Counted from the first letter of the stretch, positions 1 through 12,182 are shown. The stretch: 64,000 bases of DNA from Mytilus edulis (GCF_963676685.1 NC_092355.1:63550001-63614000); one strand, 5' to 3'. Numbers and translations are program-made. The notes: generated by a model not told the origin, from the sequence alone.

Positions 1-1
1 A

Positions 2-70
2 CAGTGCACATCAAATCCAGAAGGCAAAATATCATTAGAAGATTTCAGAAGATTCATTGAATGCTCATGA
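2..70 (+). CDS. Possible 3' end of a last coding exon of an EF-hand-like protein (..QCTSNPEGKISLEDFRRFIECS*)
   Basis: Open frame from the window edge to TGA at 68-70; G-K-I-S-L-E-D-F fits the second half of an EF-hand loop and exit helix; AT-rich UTR-like DNA follows. Only 22 codons are visible. Confidence 0.35.
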   Translation, partial: QCTSNPEGKISLEDFRRFIECS

Positions 71-620
71 AGAAAACCTGGCTATTTTAGAACTGTGATA
101 CAATTTTAAAGCAATTTCTGTACGATTTGTACTATGGACCAAATTTTATTGATCTTGAAACTTTTATAAAAAAATTATGTATATTGTATATTATTGTAAA
201 AAAAAATACATGTGAAGAGAATACACCTAACTTATTATATTTGTTTATTTTTTGTTGATACTTAGTTTAATATTAAAAATACAACAAAACAAAGATTTAT
301 ACCCACAAATATAGTCATAAAAGAGATTTCAAATGAGAAAGCTGCATTGAAAACAAATATGCAGTTATGAAAATGTTTTATTTCTAAAAAATCAGCAAGA
401 AGTGCTATTATATTTCAGCTAATTTTTAAGTGAATGTGTGAGGACTTCTATATGGGAACAAATTTTGGCGGCTAGATCTTAAATAATGTCGGGAATAGGA
501 CAATTGTTTCCCATTACTTCCATTTGTTAATATTATACAAGCATTTGGTTTTGTGAGGTATAATTAACTTCCACTTGTTTGAAGCTAGTGGAGGAGCCAT
601 TAAGTTTCACCCTTGTACAT

Positions 621-1460
621 ATATAAAAAAGATGTGGTATGATTGTAAATGAGACAACTATCCATTAAAGGCCAAAATGACACAGACATTATCAACTATA
701 GGTCACCGTACGGCCTTCAACAATGAGCAAAGCCCATACCGCATAGTGAGCTATAAAAGGCCCAGATAAGACAATGTAAAACAATTCAAACGAGAAAACT
801 AACGGCCTTATTTATGTAAAAAAATGAACGAAAAACAAATATGTAACACATAAACAAACGACAACCACTGAATTACAGGCTCCAGACTTGGGACAGGCAC
901 ATACATAAATAATGTGGCGGGGTAAAACATGTTAGTATGTCTATTCCGAAATTAGTTCCAGTCTCTTTAATTTGTCTCATCCAAATGATATGAAACACAC
1001 AGGCAATGCTTATTACCACAAAGAACAACTTAAGTTTGCATTTGGATGGTGTCACTTTTACCTTTTTAGAGTTGACCCTTTACAAATGGAAAGACTGCAG
1101 AATTTTTTGTTTCCATTCTCTTTACTTAAGTTTGCCTCAACCAAATGTTATGAATCTCATACACAATACTTATTACCAAAAAACACAGATCAAGTAAGGA
1201 TTTCAATGGTGTCACTTTTACAGTTCTTCAGTTACGTCCCTATACAAATGGAAAAATTGCTGAATAATATTAAAAATCGGTTGAAAAAGGCTGAACTCAT
1301 CAGATGGAAACAAATAAAAAAAGCATAACACAAAAACACAATGGCTCTTGAACATCCATACAACAAAGAGACACTACATACAGATCTGCAAGTACTCACA
1401 GTTACTGACAGCTAGCTCAAAGCCAATAACAACTGATAAAAAAATCATTGCATCTAAGAC
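621..1460 (+). repeat. Abundant interspersed repeat family A (AAGATGTGGTATGATTG..GAGACAACT..GGTCACCGTACGGCCTTCAACAATGAGC), interrupted copy 621-935 plus about 1270-1460
   Basis: Reverse-orientation copies at about 1575-1800, 3255-3515, 10400-10570, 17215-17520, 20139-20220, 20460-21035, and 21785-21989 plus 24795-24895. Confidence 0.85.
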
Positions 1461-2464
1461 AAAAACCACTTATACACAATATTCTTTCTATTTTAAGTAA
1501 TCAATTTAATATAAAGTTACAAACCAAACAACATTCTCCATGTACCACCTCAAGTAGAGAGTAGTAATTGTATGGTGCTGTATCATATAATTGTTTTCCA
1601 TTATTATTTATGACTTATATCAGGCCCTTAGTTTTCTTGTTATAATTGTTTTAGATTTGTCATTTCTGGGCCTTTTATTGCTTCATACACAGTACGGGTT
1701 TTGCTCATTGTTGATGGCCATACAGTGACCTACAGTTGGAGTTTACTTTTATGACAATTAGTCTCATCAACAATCATACCTCAAAATCATATTTTCATGT
1801 GGCCAAAAATGTTAGTCCACTCCTGATAAGAGTTTTCACTTTAACCCATTAATATTTTTTTTCTGGTAAAATCTTTTGTGGATAAAGAAAAAATGATCAG
1901 CAATACCACATTTATAAATAGGTCTACGTATTCGCAATTGTCAGTAGCACCACCAAAGGGGAGATTGCCTTTTCACTTCTACTTTGAATAACCAACAGGC
2001 TCTTTATGTTGCATTTCTGTAAATATATACAATGCTTTTTCCCATTGGAACTCTCTTGGTGGCTAAAAATATGACACTTTTACAAATAAGTTAAGTGAAA
2101 ATTATATCCATCATCATAATTCATTTTTCAACGCAATGGTATGTTTTTATACTGGTAGCAGTCCAAAGTTATGTCTCTATGAGATGAAATATAGACATCA
2201 TATATCTGGGAACCAGTATGTCAACAAATCAAATTATTTTTGAATATTCTATATCTCCCAAAAAGAGACATGGTTGGAAAAATAGCTTATTTACAAAGTG
2301 CAATCTTTACAGTCTGTAGTTTACATAATAGTGATATCAGACAACAAGCATAAATAAACTGTTTTCACAGAGATGATGATGTCTTGCCTTTTTGTAAATT
2401 TGATTTTTCAAATGTTGAAATCAAAATAGCAATACTTCTAACTTCTTACATAAGTTATGCAATA

Positions 2465-3245
2465 TTCAAAGTCAATGAACCATGACTGAGTTACATGGCT
2501 AATTCAATCTCTATGTAAACGAGATGTGCCAATGCTTATACAACTTCATACCAAATACCATTGACTTTTCAAGTCGTTCCCAAACCTAAATACAAAAGTA
2601 AACTTGTAAACTATGTAAAAGTTTCAAAGTCAATGAAGCATAAAGAGGGTGGGGCTATATAATCTCCATGGAAATAAAACTTGTTTGCATACCAAGGGGC
2701 AAGGCCAAATATTCTCCATTGAAATGAGATGTGCCAATGCTTATACAACTGGATACCAATTAACATTGGCCTACCACTAGTGGTTCCCCTTGAACTGACC
2801 TAATCACAAACTAATACATGATAACTTACAAAAATTTTCACAGTATATAGACCATGACTGAGGAGGTGGGGCCAATTTATCTCCATGGAAATGAGATATG
2901 CCAATTTTTATACAACTGCATACCAAATATCATTGACCTACCACTTGTGGTTCCCCATAAACTGACCTAATCAAAAACTAATACATGTAAAATAAGCAAA
3001 AGTTTTGAAGTCAATAGACCATGACTGAGGGGGCAGGGCCAAGTAATCTCCATAGAAATGAGATGATCTGAGATGTGCCAATGCTTATACAACTGCATAC
3101 CATATATGATTGACCTACCACTTGTGGTTCACCATAAACTAGACCTAATCACAAACTAATACATCGTTGACACCATCGCCATCACAGACGCCAGAAACAG
3201 TATACTGATGTCTCGCTTTTTGACTCCTTCAAGGTGAGACAAAAA
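2465..3245 (-). mobile_element. Helentron-associated (HINE/pearl-like) element with about 4 internal 160-200 bp tandem units
   Basis: Repeated AAGTCAAT..ACCATGACTGAG..GGAAATGAGATGTGCCAATGCTTATACAACT units; terminal GTCTCGC..GTGAGAC-AAAAA inverted pair next to a degenerate GCC/GAC tract. Confidence 0.6.
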
Positions 3246-3580
3246 AGGTGTCCCAATTCATTCAGTGGTTTTCGTTTGGTGCTGTGTTACCTTTTTTTTT
3301 TTGTCATAATTTAGTATATAAAAAGGCTGGTTGTTTTCTCTTTTGAATCCTTTTACAACTGTCATTTCAGGGCCTTTTATAGATGACTATGTGGTATGGA
3401 CTTTGCTCATTGTTGAAGTTCATACAGTGTCCTATAGTTGTTAATTTTTGTGTCATTTGGTCTCTTGTGAAATGTGACCTCTTTGGCAATCATACCACAT
3501 CTTCTTTTTCTATTATATTTGAATTTTGACCAATAGAGAACTCAGATCAAGCAAACCACATATTGGTAAAAAAAACATTA

Positions 3581-3790
3581 CTGTAATCCAACTTATTTTT
3601 GCGAGCAATTTATTTTTGCGACATGTACAAGTAAAAAAATAACGCAAATATCGTGAATATGTGAAATGTAAATCTTTCCTTATTACACTAAATAAAAAAA
3701 GTAGAAAATCGCAAAATTAAATAGCTGCGAAGAGAACTAGAAAAGATCAAACGCAAAATAAAGTATCAGCGAAAATAAGTTGGTTTACTG
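3581..3790. mobile_element. Tc1/mariner-like MITE
   Basis: TA-CTGTAATCCAACTTATTTTTGCG ... GCGAAAATAAGTTGGTTTACTG imperfect TIRs. Confidence 0.65.
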
Positions 3791-3827
3791 AAATCAAGTG
3801 TTTGTAGAAAATATATGAATTAGAATA

Positions 3828-4583
3828 CTGTAAATTCAGAAATTATTATTGCAAACTAGAGGCTCTAAAGAGCCTGTGTTGCTCACCTTTGTCCATGTGC
3901 ATATTAAAAACAAAGGACACAGATGGATTCATGACAAAATTGTGTTTTGGTAATGGTGATGTGTTTGTAGATCTTACTTTCCTGAACATTCTTGTAACTT
4001 ACAATTTTCTCTATCTAAATAAAGTTAGCCCTTTAGATACAGAGGAAAATATTTTGTAAAAATTTAAAAAATTTACTAAATTAATGAAAATTGTTAAAAA
4101 TTTACTATAAAGGGCAATAACTCCTTAAGGGGTCAACTGACCATTTTGTTCATGTTGACTTATTTGTAGATCTTACTTTGCTGAACATTACTACTGTTTA
4201 CAGTTTATCTCTATCTATAATAATATTCAAGATAATAACCAAAAACGACAAAATTTCTTTAAAATTACCAATTCAGAGGCAGCAACCAAACAACCGGTTG
4301 TCTGATTCATCTGAAAATTTCAGGACAGATAGATCTTCACTTGATAAACAATTTTACCCCATGTCAGATTTGCTCTAAATGCTTTTGTTTCAGAGTTATA
4401 AGCCAAAATCTACATTTTACTATTTTTAAACTAGATACCCAAATGAAGATTGTGGCAAAGTTTTGTTAAATTTGTTGGCGTAGTTTTAGAGGAGAAGATT
4501 TTTGTAAAAGATTAAAATCGTGTTTTAGTCTAAAATGGCAAAATGGCAAAAATAAATGCATGCAATAATTTCTGAATTTACAG
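3828..4583. mobile_element. TA-flanked MITE with a nested HINE fragment (about 3855-4510)
   Basis: Perfect 20-bp TIR CTGTAAATTCAGAAATTATT with TA on both sides; the interior is a reverse-oriented relative of the 26750-28648 element (hairpin AGGCTCTAAAGAGCCT, GCTCACCT, part of the 500-bp unit). Confidence 0.8.
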
Positions 4584-5025
4584 TAACCATTGTTTTACAC
4601 CAGCAAGTGGTAGGAAATCATACTCTTATTGCTTATAACCTCCTTGGTAATACAATGTAGAAACATAAATTTATAAAATAATTCATTTTTATTTTGCATA
4701 TAAAAAACATTACAATAAATTAATTATAAAACTTCAACAAAGTAGCATCTAATCTCAGGTAATAGTAATATAGTACCATTGGTGAATCCAGGTGGGGTGG
4801 GGGGTTCAGGCTAAAATCTGCTAAAAGAGCCTAACTAAGTAATATTCATGAATTATTAATTAAAATTATATTGTTTAGAGAACAACTTTTTCAGAGAGGC
4901 TAGATTCTAGCAGCATTGTATCATAAGCTGAATTTGGTTGATATATGATGGAATTTACACATTTTTACCACCAACTAAATAACAAAGGGACATAAATCTA
5001 CCTCAAATTATGTTAAATTATTTAA

Positions 5026-5289
5026 GGTGGTACCCAACACTTTCACTTAAATTAATTTGACTCGTTTAATTTTCATAAAATTTTGTCAAAGTATTTACTT
5101 TGACACTTTAGAAAAAATATAAAAATTTTGAACCAACCTTTTTGTCAGAAAAATTACACTGGTTATATAGCAATTTGACAAACAACAATTTTGATCATTG
5201 AGAAGCTTAATATTCCTTTTACAACACAATGTAATTAAAACGTTTAGCTGACTTTAAAGAGTTATCTCCCTGTAGTGTTGGGTACCACC
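5026..5289. mobile_element. TTAA-flanked MITE, Kolobok-like, copy 1
   Basis: TTAA|GGTGGTACCCAACACT ... AGTGTTGGGTACCACC|TTAA; four copies in the window. Confidence 0.85.
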
Positions 5290-5622
5290 TTAAATGTGGA
5301 GGCATTTAGCACCTTATATTTACCAATAAAGATCAATAATGAGAAAAACTATGACAATAATCTGTCAATTTTTAATTTTAATTTTCCAAATAATAAATAT
5401 AAATGTTGTTAATGTCAATCAATTGTTTTATATTACACTTATGTATACAATTCATATTACTTGAAGATCTGTGAAAGCACTGAATTTCTTTACATACATA
5501 TATTATTTTTGTTTAATACATCAAAAACAGTGAAACACCACAACAGAGTTAACTTAATTAGTACATTGTATTGCAAAAATTTTCTTAGTAAGTACAAACA
5601 AAGACAAACAAAAGACATATTG

Positions 5623-5926
5623 AATAATTTAATTTTGGATGTAACGCGTCTTCTAATTGGCTGACATTTTTTTGTTATCAGCCCATAGACATAATTAAGT
5701 CATGTGACCGTGACGTCATCAACATTTTTTCATGGTTTTCTACAGTTTAAAATGAAATTTAGAATTAAATTATAAGAAATGACTGAAATATTTTTTCTGT
5801 CTATTCGAAATAACATAAAAAATGATGTGCACACTGTTAAATAACCCGCTACGCGCGTTATTCAGTGTGCACCAAATTTTTTATGTTATTTCTTCAGACA
5901 GAAAAAATATTACAGTCATTCCTTAA
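5623..5926 (+). mobile_element. Terminal-palindrome repeat, family P1, copy 1
   Basis: About 150-bp imperfect palindrome at 5773-5925 centred on TAACCCGCTACGCGCGTTA; close reverse copy at 16797-17105. Confidence 0.8.
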
Positions 5927-6162
5927 TTAACGATAAAGATAACACTATATATTTTGTTTATGGATTCCAATCTTCTAAGTTTGTAAGAAAGTTTCACTTC
6001 ATCAATGATGTTATTTGCAAAAATGCAAATTGATCGGATCAATAATATCATCAAAGGGCAATAACATTATAATGCATCAAAGATATGGTTGAAATACCCA
6101 GTCGAAGCAATTTTGTTCCACCAATTTTAAGGGATTGGAAGAAACAAATCAATGAAACTTAA

Positions 6163-6445
6163 GGTGGTACCTAACACTACAGGGAGATAACTCTCTAAAA
6201 ATCAGCTATACGTTTTAATTACGTTGTGTTGTTAAGGGAATATTAAGCTTCTTAGTGATCAAAATTGTTGTTTGTCAAACTGCTATATAACCAGTGTATT
6301 TTTTCTGACAAAACAGTTGGTTCAATATTTTTGAAATTTTTATATTTTTGTTAAAGGATCCAAAGTAAATACTTTAAAACATTGTCAAAATTTAATTAAA
6401 ATTAAACGATCCAAATTAATTTTAGTGAAAGTGTTAGGTACCACC
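6163..6445. mobile_element. TTAA-flanked MITE, copy 2 (inverted relative to copy 1)
   Basis: TTAA|GGTGGTACCTAACACT ... AGTGTTAGGTACCACC|TTAA. Confidence 0.85.
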
Positions 6446-7746
6446 TTAATTGCAACTGAACAATATCCAAGCAACAAAACAACTTGTACGTTAATTTAGA
6501 AAGCTTGAATCGAATATAAAATATGCAGCATTTTGTATTCGAAAAAAACAGAATAAGACCATAAACTCAATTCATAAGCTGCAGTAAAATAACTTCTATA
6601 TAGTATAGCACTCACTTTACAATTAAACATCAAAATAAAATGAGATTTTGTTTCGCCTCACAAAAAACAATTTCAATTATTATCAAGAATACACATTTTA
6701 CTATTTAATGATAAACAAACAATGAAACAAATTCTGATTTGATGGTACACTCAATTAAAGGATCAAATAAAATGCATAAAATAACTCATTAATTCTTTTA
6801 CATCAATTAGAAGTTAAATTATACAGATTAGTACATGCAAATACACTTTATTTCATTTGTGACAAATATTTATAACATATATTTTAATTGTGGTTTTCTA
6901 TGACTAAAACCTATAAAAATTAGCAATTTTAAAACTAAAATGTATATCAAAATATCACAGTATTCATGGATTTATTGAAACTTATAATGAATGCAGTTAT
7001 AATGGTTGCCAATTCTTCTAGAGTTATGAAAAAAAATGGTTTAGAAATTATTTTTTTGTGTAGGAACTTATTCCTAAGAGATCTTAAGAGTGTTTATGCA
7101 ACTCAAAATCCATAACAGAGAGAAGTTTTGTAATTTTATAGTAAAGTACAAAAATCTTAACAGTTTTTGAAAAAAAAAATCTTCAAATTGTTTGCACAAT
7201 ACACAGATATTCCCTTTTTCTTGTGTTTGCCTTTTTGTCAGATATTCCAAATCATCTTGGTTTTATCCATGTAGTGCCATTCAAAATGTTGCTTGCTAAT
7301 ACAATGATTTTTTTTTTATAGTTTTATTACATGTAGGTTGAAATGCTATTTTCTAAAATCTTATAATATTTAGTTGCATTTTCAAAGTTTATGAAAGAAA
7401 AATAGGCCAATGTTCAACATATGAAAAAATTATACAAGAATCATTTCACACCAAATTTTCAATCGCTTTTATCTGAATAGCACAGATGATGACCTTGCAT
7501 TTTTTCCCTGCTCTTTAGATCCATTTTATATATACTTTAAATTAAAAGGATTGTTTTAAAAACCTAATATCATTAAAGGCAAGTTGCTCTATAGAGAAAT
7601 AGAACTGCATTTTGAATGTAAAAATTTCATTGGACTAGAAAACATTTGTAAAGATACTTGGGACAATTGGTGAAATTTAACATCATTTCTAAATTTCTAA
7701 ATCCATTAAGTACAGGTTTAATGACTGTGTTACCTATAAAAAAATA

Positions 7747-7951
7747 CTGTATAGCGGGGTTATTTTCCTGAGGTGTAAATTTTCGCTTATTTTTGCGGAT
7801 AGAACAAAATCTCCAAAATAAACTCTGCAAGTTTAAATGCGCACATGCAAAGGTATTGATAAAAGTTTTGAATCCGCCAAAATATTTTGAATACCTTATT
7901 CATTCAAAATCGCGAAATTTTACACCTGCTAAAATAACCCACTATATACGG
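7747..7951. mobile_element. TA-flanked Tc1/mariner-like MITE
   Basis: TA|CTGTATAGCGGGGTTATTTT..GGTGTAAATTTTCGC ... GCGAAATTTTACACC..AAAATAACCCACTATATACGG|TA. Confidence 0.7.
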
Positions 7952-7960
7952 TAATCAACA

Positions 7961-8322
7961 ACTATTATTCCATATTGGTATTATTTTATTAGGTTTCTCT
8001 ATATGAATTGGATTTTGAATAAAAAAGCATATTCACCTGAGAAAGTGTTATTCACCGCGTTAAACGTCACGCGATTTTACATGCAACATTACGGTTAAAT
8101 GTTTCATGTAAAATTTGTTTTGGTATATGTTATTCTTTAAATACACGTTCTTCTCTCGGAATATGGAATAAAGCAATAACTGTCTTTTGTTTCGGTAAAT
8201 ATGGGGTTTAATTGACTTTTGAAAAACTGATATTCACTTCGGCCGTCAGCCTTAGTGAATATCATTTTTCAAAAGTCAATAAAACCGCATATTTACCTCA
8301 TCAAAAGACAGTAATTGTATAA
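7961..8322 (+). mobile_element. Terminal-palindrome repeat, family P2, in the DNAJC27 3'UTR region
   Basis: TTATTCCATAT/ATATGGAATAA short inverted pair, then a palindrome at 8174-8317 centred on TCGGCCGTCAGCCT. Confidence 0.7.
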
Positions 8323-8335
8323 TATTGAATGTGTG

Positions 8336-8468
8336 TTATGAACATTTTTTTAACAATGTAGTCCTTGCTGCTACTAAAAGTTTGAAAGCCTCTTCACTAC
8401 CTGGTGCTACACTTTTATCTGGGTGTAACAATACTGCTAATTTTCTGTACGCTTTGTTTACTTCGTCC
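8336..8468 (-). CDS. DNAJC27: DNAJC27 exon 7 (DEVNKAYRKLAVLLHPDKSVAPGSEEAFKLLVAARTTLLKKCS*), J domain with HPD
   Basis: ttttcag acceptor, HPD motif, TAA at 8336-8338; the seven exons sum to 801 nt = 266 aa plus stop. Confidence 0.96.
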
Positions 8469-8516
8469 CTGAAAAAAAGTTAATTGTTATAATAAGTGAT
8501 TTGTATTTCTGTAACT

Positions 8517-8720
8517 CTGTGGAATCATTAATTTTTGTGGGTATCAACTCTCGTGGATTAAGGAAAACATTTGATGGCTATTTGATTTAGTGGTTTTGAC
8601 AATCTCTGCATACAAAACCTGTTGAAAATGTGTGATTCATTAAACATTTGAATTCTTGGTTCACATGTAGCAACGAAAACCATGAAAATTGGTACCCAAC
8701 AAATAATACTGAATCCACAG
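8517..8720. mobile_element. About 200-bp MITE family CTGTGGATTCATT...AATGAATCCACAG; other copies at 9608-9801, 11071-11278 and 51607-51745
   Basis: Shared TIRs and internal CGAAAATTGGTA(C/T)CCAAC motif, mostly TA-flanked; three copies lie in DNAJC27 introns. Confidence 0.75.
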
Positions 8721-8787
8721 TATATGACAAAATCCTCATAATAGTAGAATAGATCCAAAATTTATCCTTCAACTCACACAAAGTCAT

Positions 8788-8964
8788 GAGGGTCTGGATG
8801 GGGGGTCTGTTATTCTGTAAATATTTAATTTTCATCCCTTTTTTCTCTATTCTTCAAAAAATTACCCCCTTTTTTCTCTAATCTTCATTTTTTTTTGCCT
8901 GTTATTCTCTAATCTTCATTTTTAAGGGATTATTCTTTAATCTTTTAACCCCATCCATACCCTC
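8788..8964. mobile_element. MITE with GAG...CTC ends and 6-bp TSD
   Basis: AGTCAT|GAGGGTCTGGATGGGG ... CCCCATCCATACCCTC|AGTCAT. Confidence 0.8.
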
Positions 8965-9086
8965 AGTCATAAAACTAATATATTAGATTGTTTTCAGTTT
9001 GCTCCTAATCTTTGTTGATGAAAATTAAAACCTTAATTTCAATTTGTCACATTTCTTTTATTATACTTATGATTTAAAAAGAAGAG

Positions 9087-9240
9087 CTCACTCAATCAGA
9101 ACTCAAAATATAATACACCTTTTCTTAGGAATCTAAGAAACCGCATTAGTAGTGCTATACAGTCTCACTCAATCAGAACTCAAAATATAATACACCTTTT
9201 CTTAGGAATCTAAGAAACCGCATTAGTAGTGCTATACAGT
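9087..9240. repeat. Tandem duplication, 2 x about 77 bp
   Basis: CTCACTCAATCAGAACTCAAAAT...GTAGTGCTATACAGT occurs twice. Confidence 0.9.
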
Positions 9241-9398
9241 ATTGATAAGATTCAGAGTTGAACACCATGTTTAACCCCAGTCTTTTGTTGAACACTATTT
9301 TCTGACTTTAGAAGTTTTTGATTATTTTCAGTCTATTTGACAATTACCTCACATAAAGTACAATTATTCTTACATACAATAAAACATATTTTACATAC

Positions 9399-9559
9399 TT
9401 GGATGCTCCTATATTAACACCTAGCCTCTCATAATCACTCCTTGCTGCTTTAAGCTTCTGTATAGCCTCAACTTGATCCTTTGAATATCCTAACTGTGTG
9501 GTGAAAGGTGCTTTCTTACCACCATTCTCTACTGCCGATACAACACCCTCAAATAAGTT
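9399..9559 (-). CDS. DNAJC27: DNAJC27 exon 6 (NLFEGVVSAVENGGKKAPFTTQLGYSKDQVEAIQKLKAARSDYERLGVNIGASK), linker and start of J domain
   Basis: ctatag/gtatgt splice sites, 161 nt, open frame; ENGGK and LGVxxGAS as in RBJ. Confidence 0.94.
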
Positions 9560-9835
9560 CTATAGATACAAACAAATTATAGAATAATTAATGGAAGAAT
9601 TCAACAACTGGGGATTCATTATTTTTGTTGGATACAAATTTTTGTGAGCTTCTTGGGTACAGATAAAAAACAACAAATTCAAATATTCGACAAATTACAA
9701 ATTTCTATAAGGTTTGAATGCAGAGATTGGCACAGCCACCAAATCAAATATCACAAAAATGTAAGTTTTCCTCAATCCACGAAAAATACATGAATCCACA
9801 GTATAGAAAAATATTCAAAACATCAATTGATGCAT

Positions 9836-10038
9836 GAGGGTGGTAAAGGGTTATTTTCGTGCAACGTGTTTTGCCATTTTTATTTCACGTGCAGCCGTGA
9901 AAAAGGTTTGTTATTCACCGTGTTTCTTGAAATCGGTAAAAAGATCAACGTGCAAGACTTTTTTAATTGTTCGTTCATCGTGAAATGGCAATTTCATTTC
10001 GCGTTCTTTCGTGCAGATCCCCCGCCTTTACGCCCCTC
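9836..10038. mobile_element. MITE with GAG...CTC ends and internal CGTG repeats
   Basis: ATGCAT|GAGGGTGGTAAAGG ... CCTTTACGCCCCTC|ATGGAT (TSD matches at 5 of 6). Confidence 0.65.
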
Positions 10039-10656
10039 ATGGATGTGCGTAGTGCACAAGTTAATTATCAGTATTTTTCAATATTTGAATTCTTTGATAA
10101 GTTATTCTATATTAAAATTACATTGACAAGAAGCTTTTTTATGGAATCAAAACAGAAAATGTAGGGAACTATTTTTAACTATTTTAATGGAATCAAAGCA
10201 GAAAATGTAGGGAACTATATCTTTTTATACACATTTACAATAAGCTTTGATATTATGTCACCAACATCTTGACCACACCTATTGTTAAAGGAGGAGTGAA
10301 ATAAGAGAGTTTTTTTCACGATTTTTATTTCACTAGGAAATCATGGTAATGATTGCAACTAATGCAATAGGTTATAATATGTTGTGCTGTCACAAAAAAT
10401 GTTTTTTGTTTGTTCTAATGGCATAAATCCGGTTGTTTTGGTTTCTCTTTTCAAATTTTGTCAAGTTGAGGCCTTTTATAGTTTACTATGTGATATGGGT
10501 TTTGCTCATTGTTGGAAGCTGTTTGGTGTCTGGTGTTAGTTGTTTAATTGGCCACCATATCACATCCTGTTATTTGTAAGCAGGTTGATTTAGTAAATTT
10601 AAAATTTCTTTTGTTTAAAAGCTTATCAATAAGCTATAGATATTTTAAGTATTTAC

Positions 10657-10773
10657 CTGAAACATTTCTGTGACACCTTCCCCTGTTTGTGCTGATGTTT
10701 CAAAGTAATGATAACCTCTTGTGTCAGCCCATATCCTACCTTCAGATTCATCAACCACTCTCTTCTTATCAGT
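10657..10773 (-). CDS. DNAJC27: DNAJC27 exon 5 (TDKKRVVDESEGRIWADTRGYHYFETSAQTGEGVTEMFQ), G4/G5
   Basis: tttttag/gtaaat splice sites, 117 nt; completes NK|TD and carries ETSAQTGEG. Confidence 0.96.
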
Positions 10774-11319
10774 CTAAAAAGATCAGAAATATATCAATTA
10801 TGAATGAGGAAACATTATCAAACTACAAAATGTAAAAATTATAAAATGTGAATACAACACTCATTTGGGCTCATTTGTCAGAACAATAATGAGTCCAAAG
10901 GTTAAAAATACATTCCAAATATTCATATTTAGACAGTTTTTTTTTAATCCTATATAGTATATATATTTATATATATTAATTCAAATGCATTGCTTCAATT
11001 GTTGTATTTGATTAAATTACTTTGTGAAATCTTAATATGATAATAAGTAATGGTCTCTGGGCGGCTAATACTCTGGATTCATTTATTTTTGTGGGTATCA
11101 ATTTTTGTGGTTTAAGGAAAGCTTACATATTAGTAGATATTTAATTTTGTGATTTTGGCAAAGTCGACATACCTTCCTTTAAAAAATTGGTAATTCATTG
11201 AATATTTTAACTGGTGGTTCTCCTGTACCCATGGAATCCACGAAAATTGGTATCCAACGAATATTAATGAATTTAGAGTAATTGTTTATCAAATGGACAA
11301 CTAAAAATAATGACAATAC

Positions 11320-11484
11320 CTTATTAGCACAAACACAGACTGCAATGTTATCTACTTCTGACTGGTTCCCTACTTCATTCTGCAGCTCCAATAACCAGGA
11401 ATCCAGTGCCTCAAAACTACTCCTGTCTGATACATCAAATACAATAATGGCTCCCTGAGTATCCTTGTAAAACTCATTTCTTAC
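11320..11484 (-). CDS. DNAJC27: DNAJC27 exon 4 (VRNEFYKDTQGAIIVFDVSDRSSFEALDSWLLELQNEVGNQSEVDNIAVCVCANK)
   Basis: tttag/gtattg splice sites, 165 nt; overlaps track ORF 11179-11391; VRNEFYKDTQG and CANK motifs. Confidence 0.96.
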
Positions 11485-12112
11485 CTAAAAAAACATAAAA
11501 ATTGAAGTTTCACTCATTCTAACATGGTTAGTGTCATCTTCTTTTTTATATTTAGTGTCAAGATGTTCAAGTATGCCCATAAATAAAAATTGATTTCCAT
11601 TTGCATGATGCTGCATGATTTTTTATGTGAAAGTTGGATAAAGAGCTAATCAGGGCTCATGTTTTGTCTGTTATTATGTATGTATATGCCATCTCTAAAT
11701 AAAATTTACTTACTTTCTTTTTTTGGTGAGGCCGATATTGATTTGTAGAGGGTTAGAAGTATACAGTATAACAAATATTTCAACCACAGGACTTTTCCTG
11801 TCAAGATTTGTTAAAAATAAACAATGTAATTGAAATGCAACAACATTAATAGATGCACTTCACCATTAAAAGTAAATGTGACTTCATGAACCCCATATGA
11901 AATCTAATAAACCATAGTAAAGAAAAGTTCATTTTAAAACGTTTTTATAAACATTTATTCCATCTGAAAAACGTTTTGTAAATCATATATTGGATGTTAT
12001 CTTTTTTTTTGGGCCGATCAATGCATTTGAATGGGAGCATATAGTTGGAACCCCCCCCCTTTTTAAAATGGCTAGATCCGTCACTGGTGTTCCTGACATA
12101 TTGTTAACTTAC

Positions 12113-12182
12113 CTCATAGAATATAGGATGTCCAGCCATGTCAAATATATTGACTTTAACCTCTTTATCTCTAATGTTGACT
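12113..12182 (-). CDS. DNAJC27: DNAJC27 exon 3 (VNIRDKEVKVNIFDMAGHPIFYE), G3 DMAGH
   Basis: ttttcag/gtaag splice sites, 70 nt, phase compatible with exon 2; RJL-type DMAGH motif. Confidence 0.96.

Noticed and set aside
1290-1310. CTGATGAG on the minus strand (and CTGATGA at about 44062 and 60484) as further hammerheads
   Set aside because: No correctly placed GAAA together with stems I-III
972-1328. 118-aa ORF, and the similar 15100-15453 ORF
   Set aside because: The first has a non-ATG start and lies in repeat-derived DNA; the second is antisense to the DNAJC27 leader; neither shows a domain or splice context
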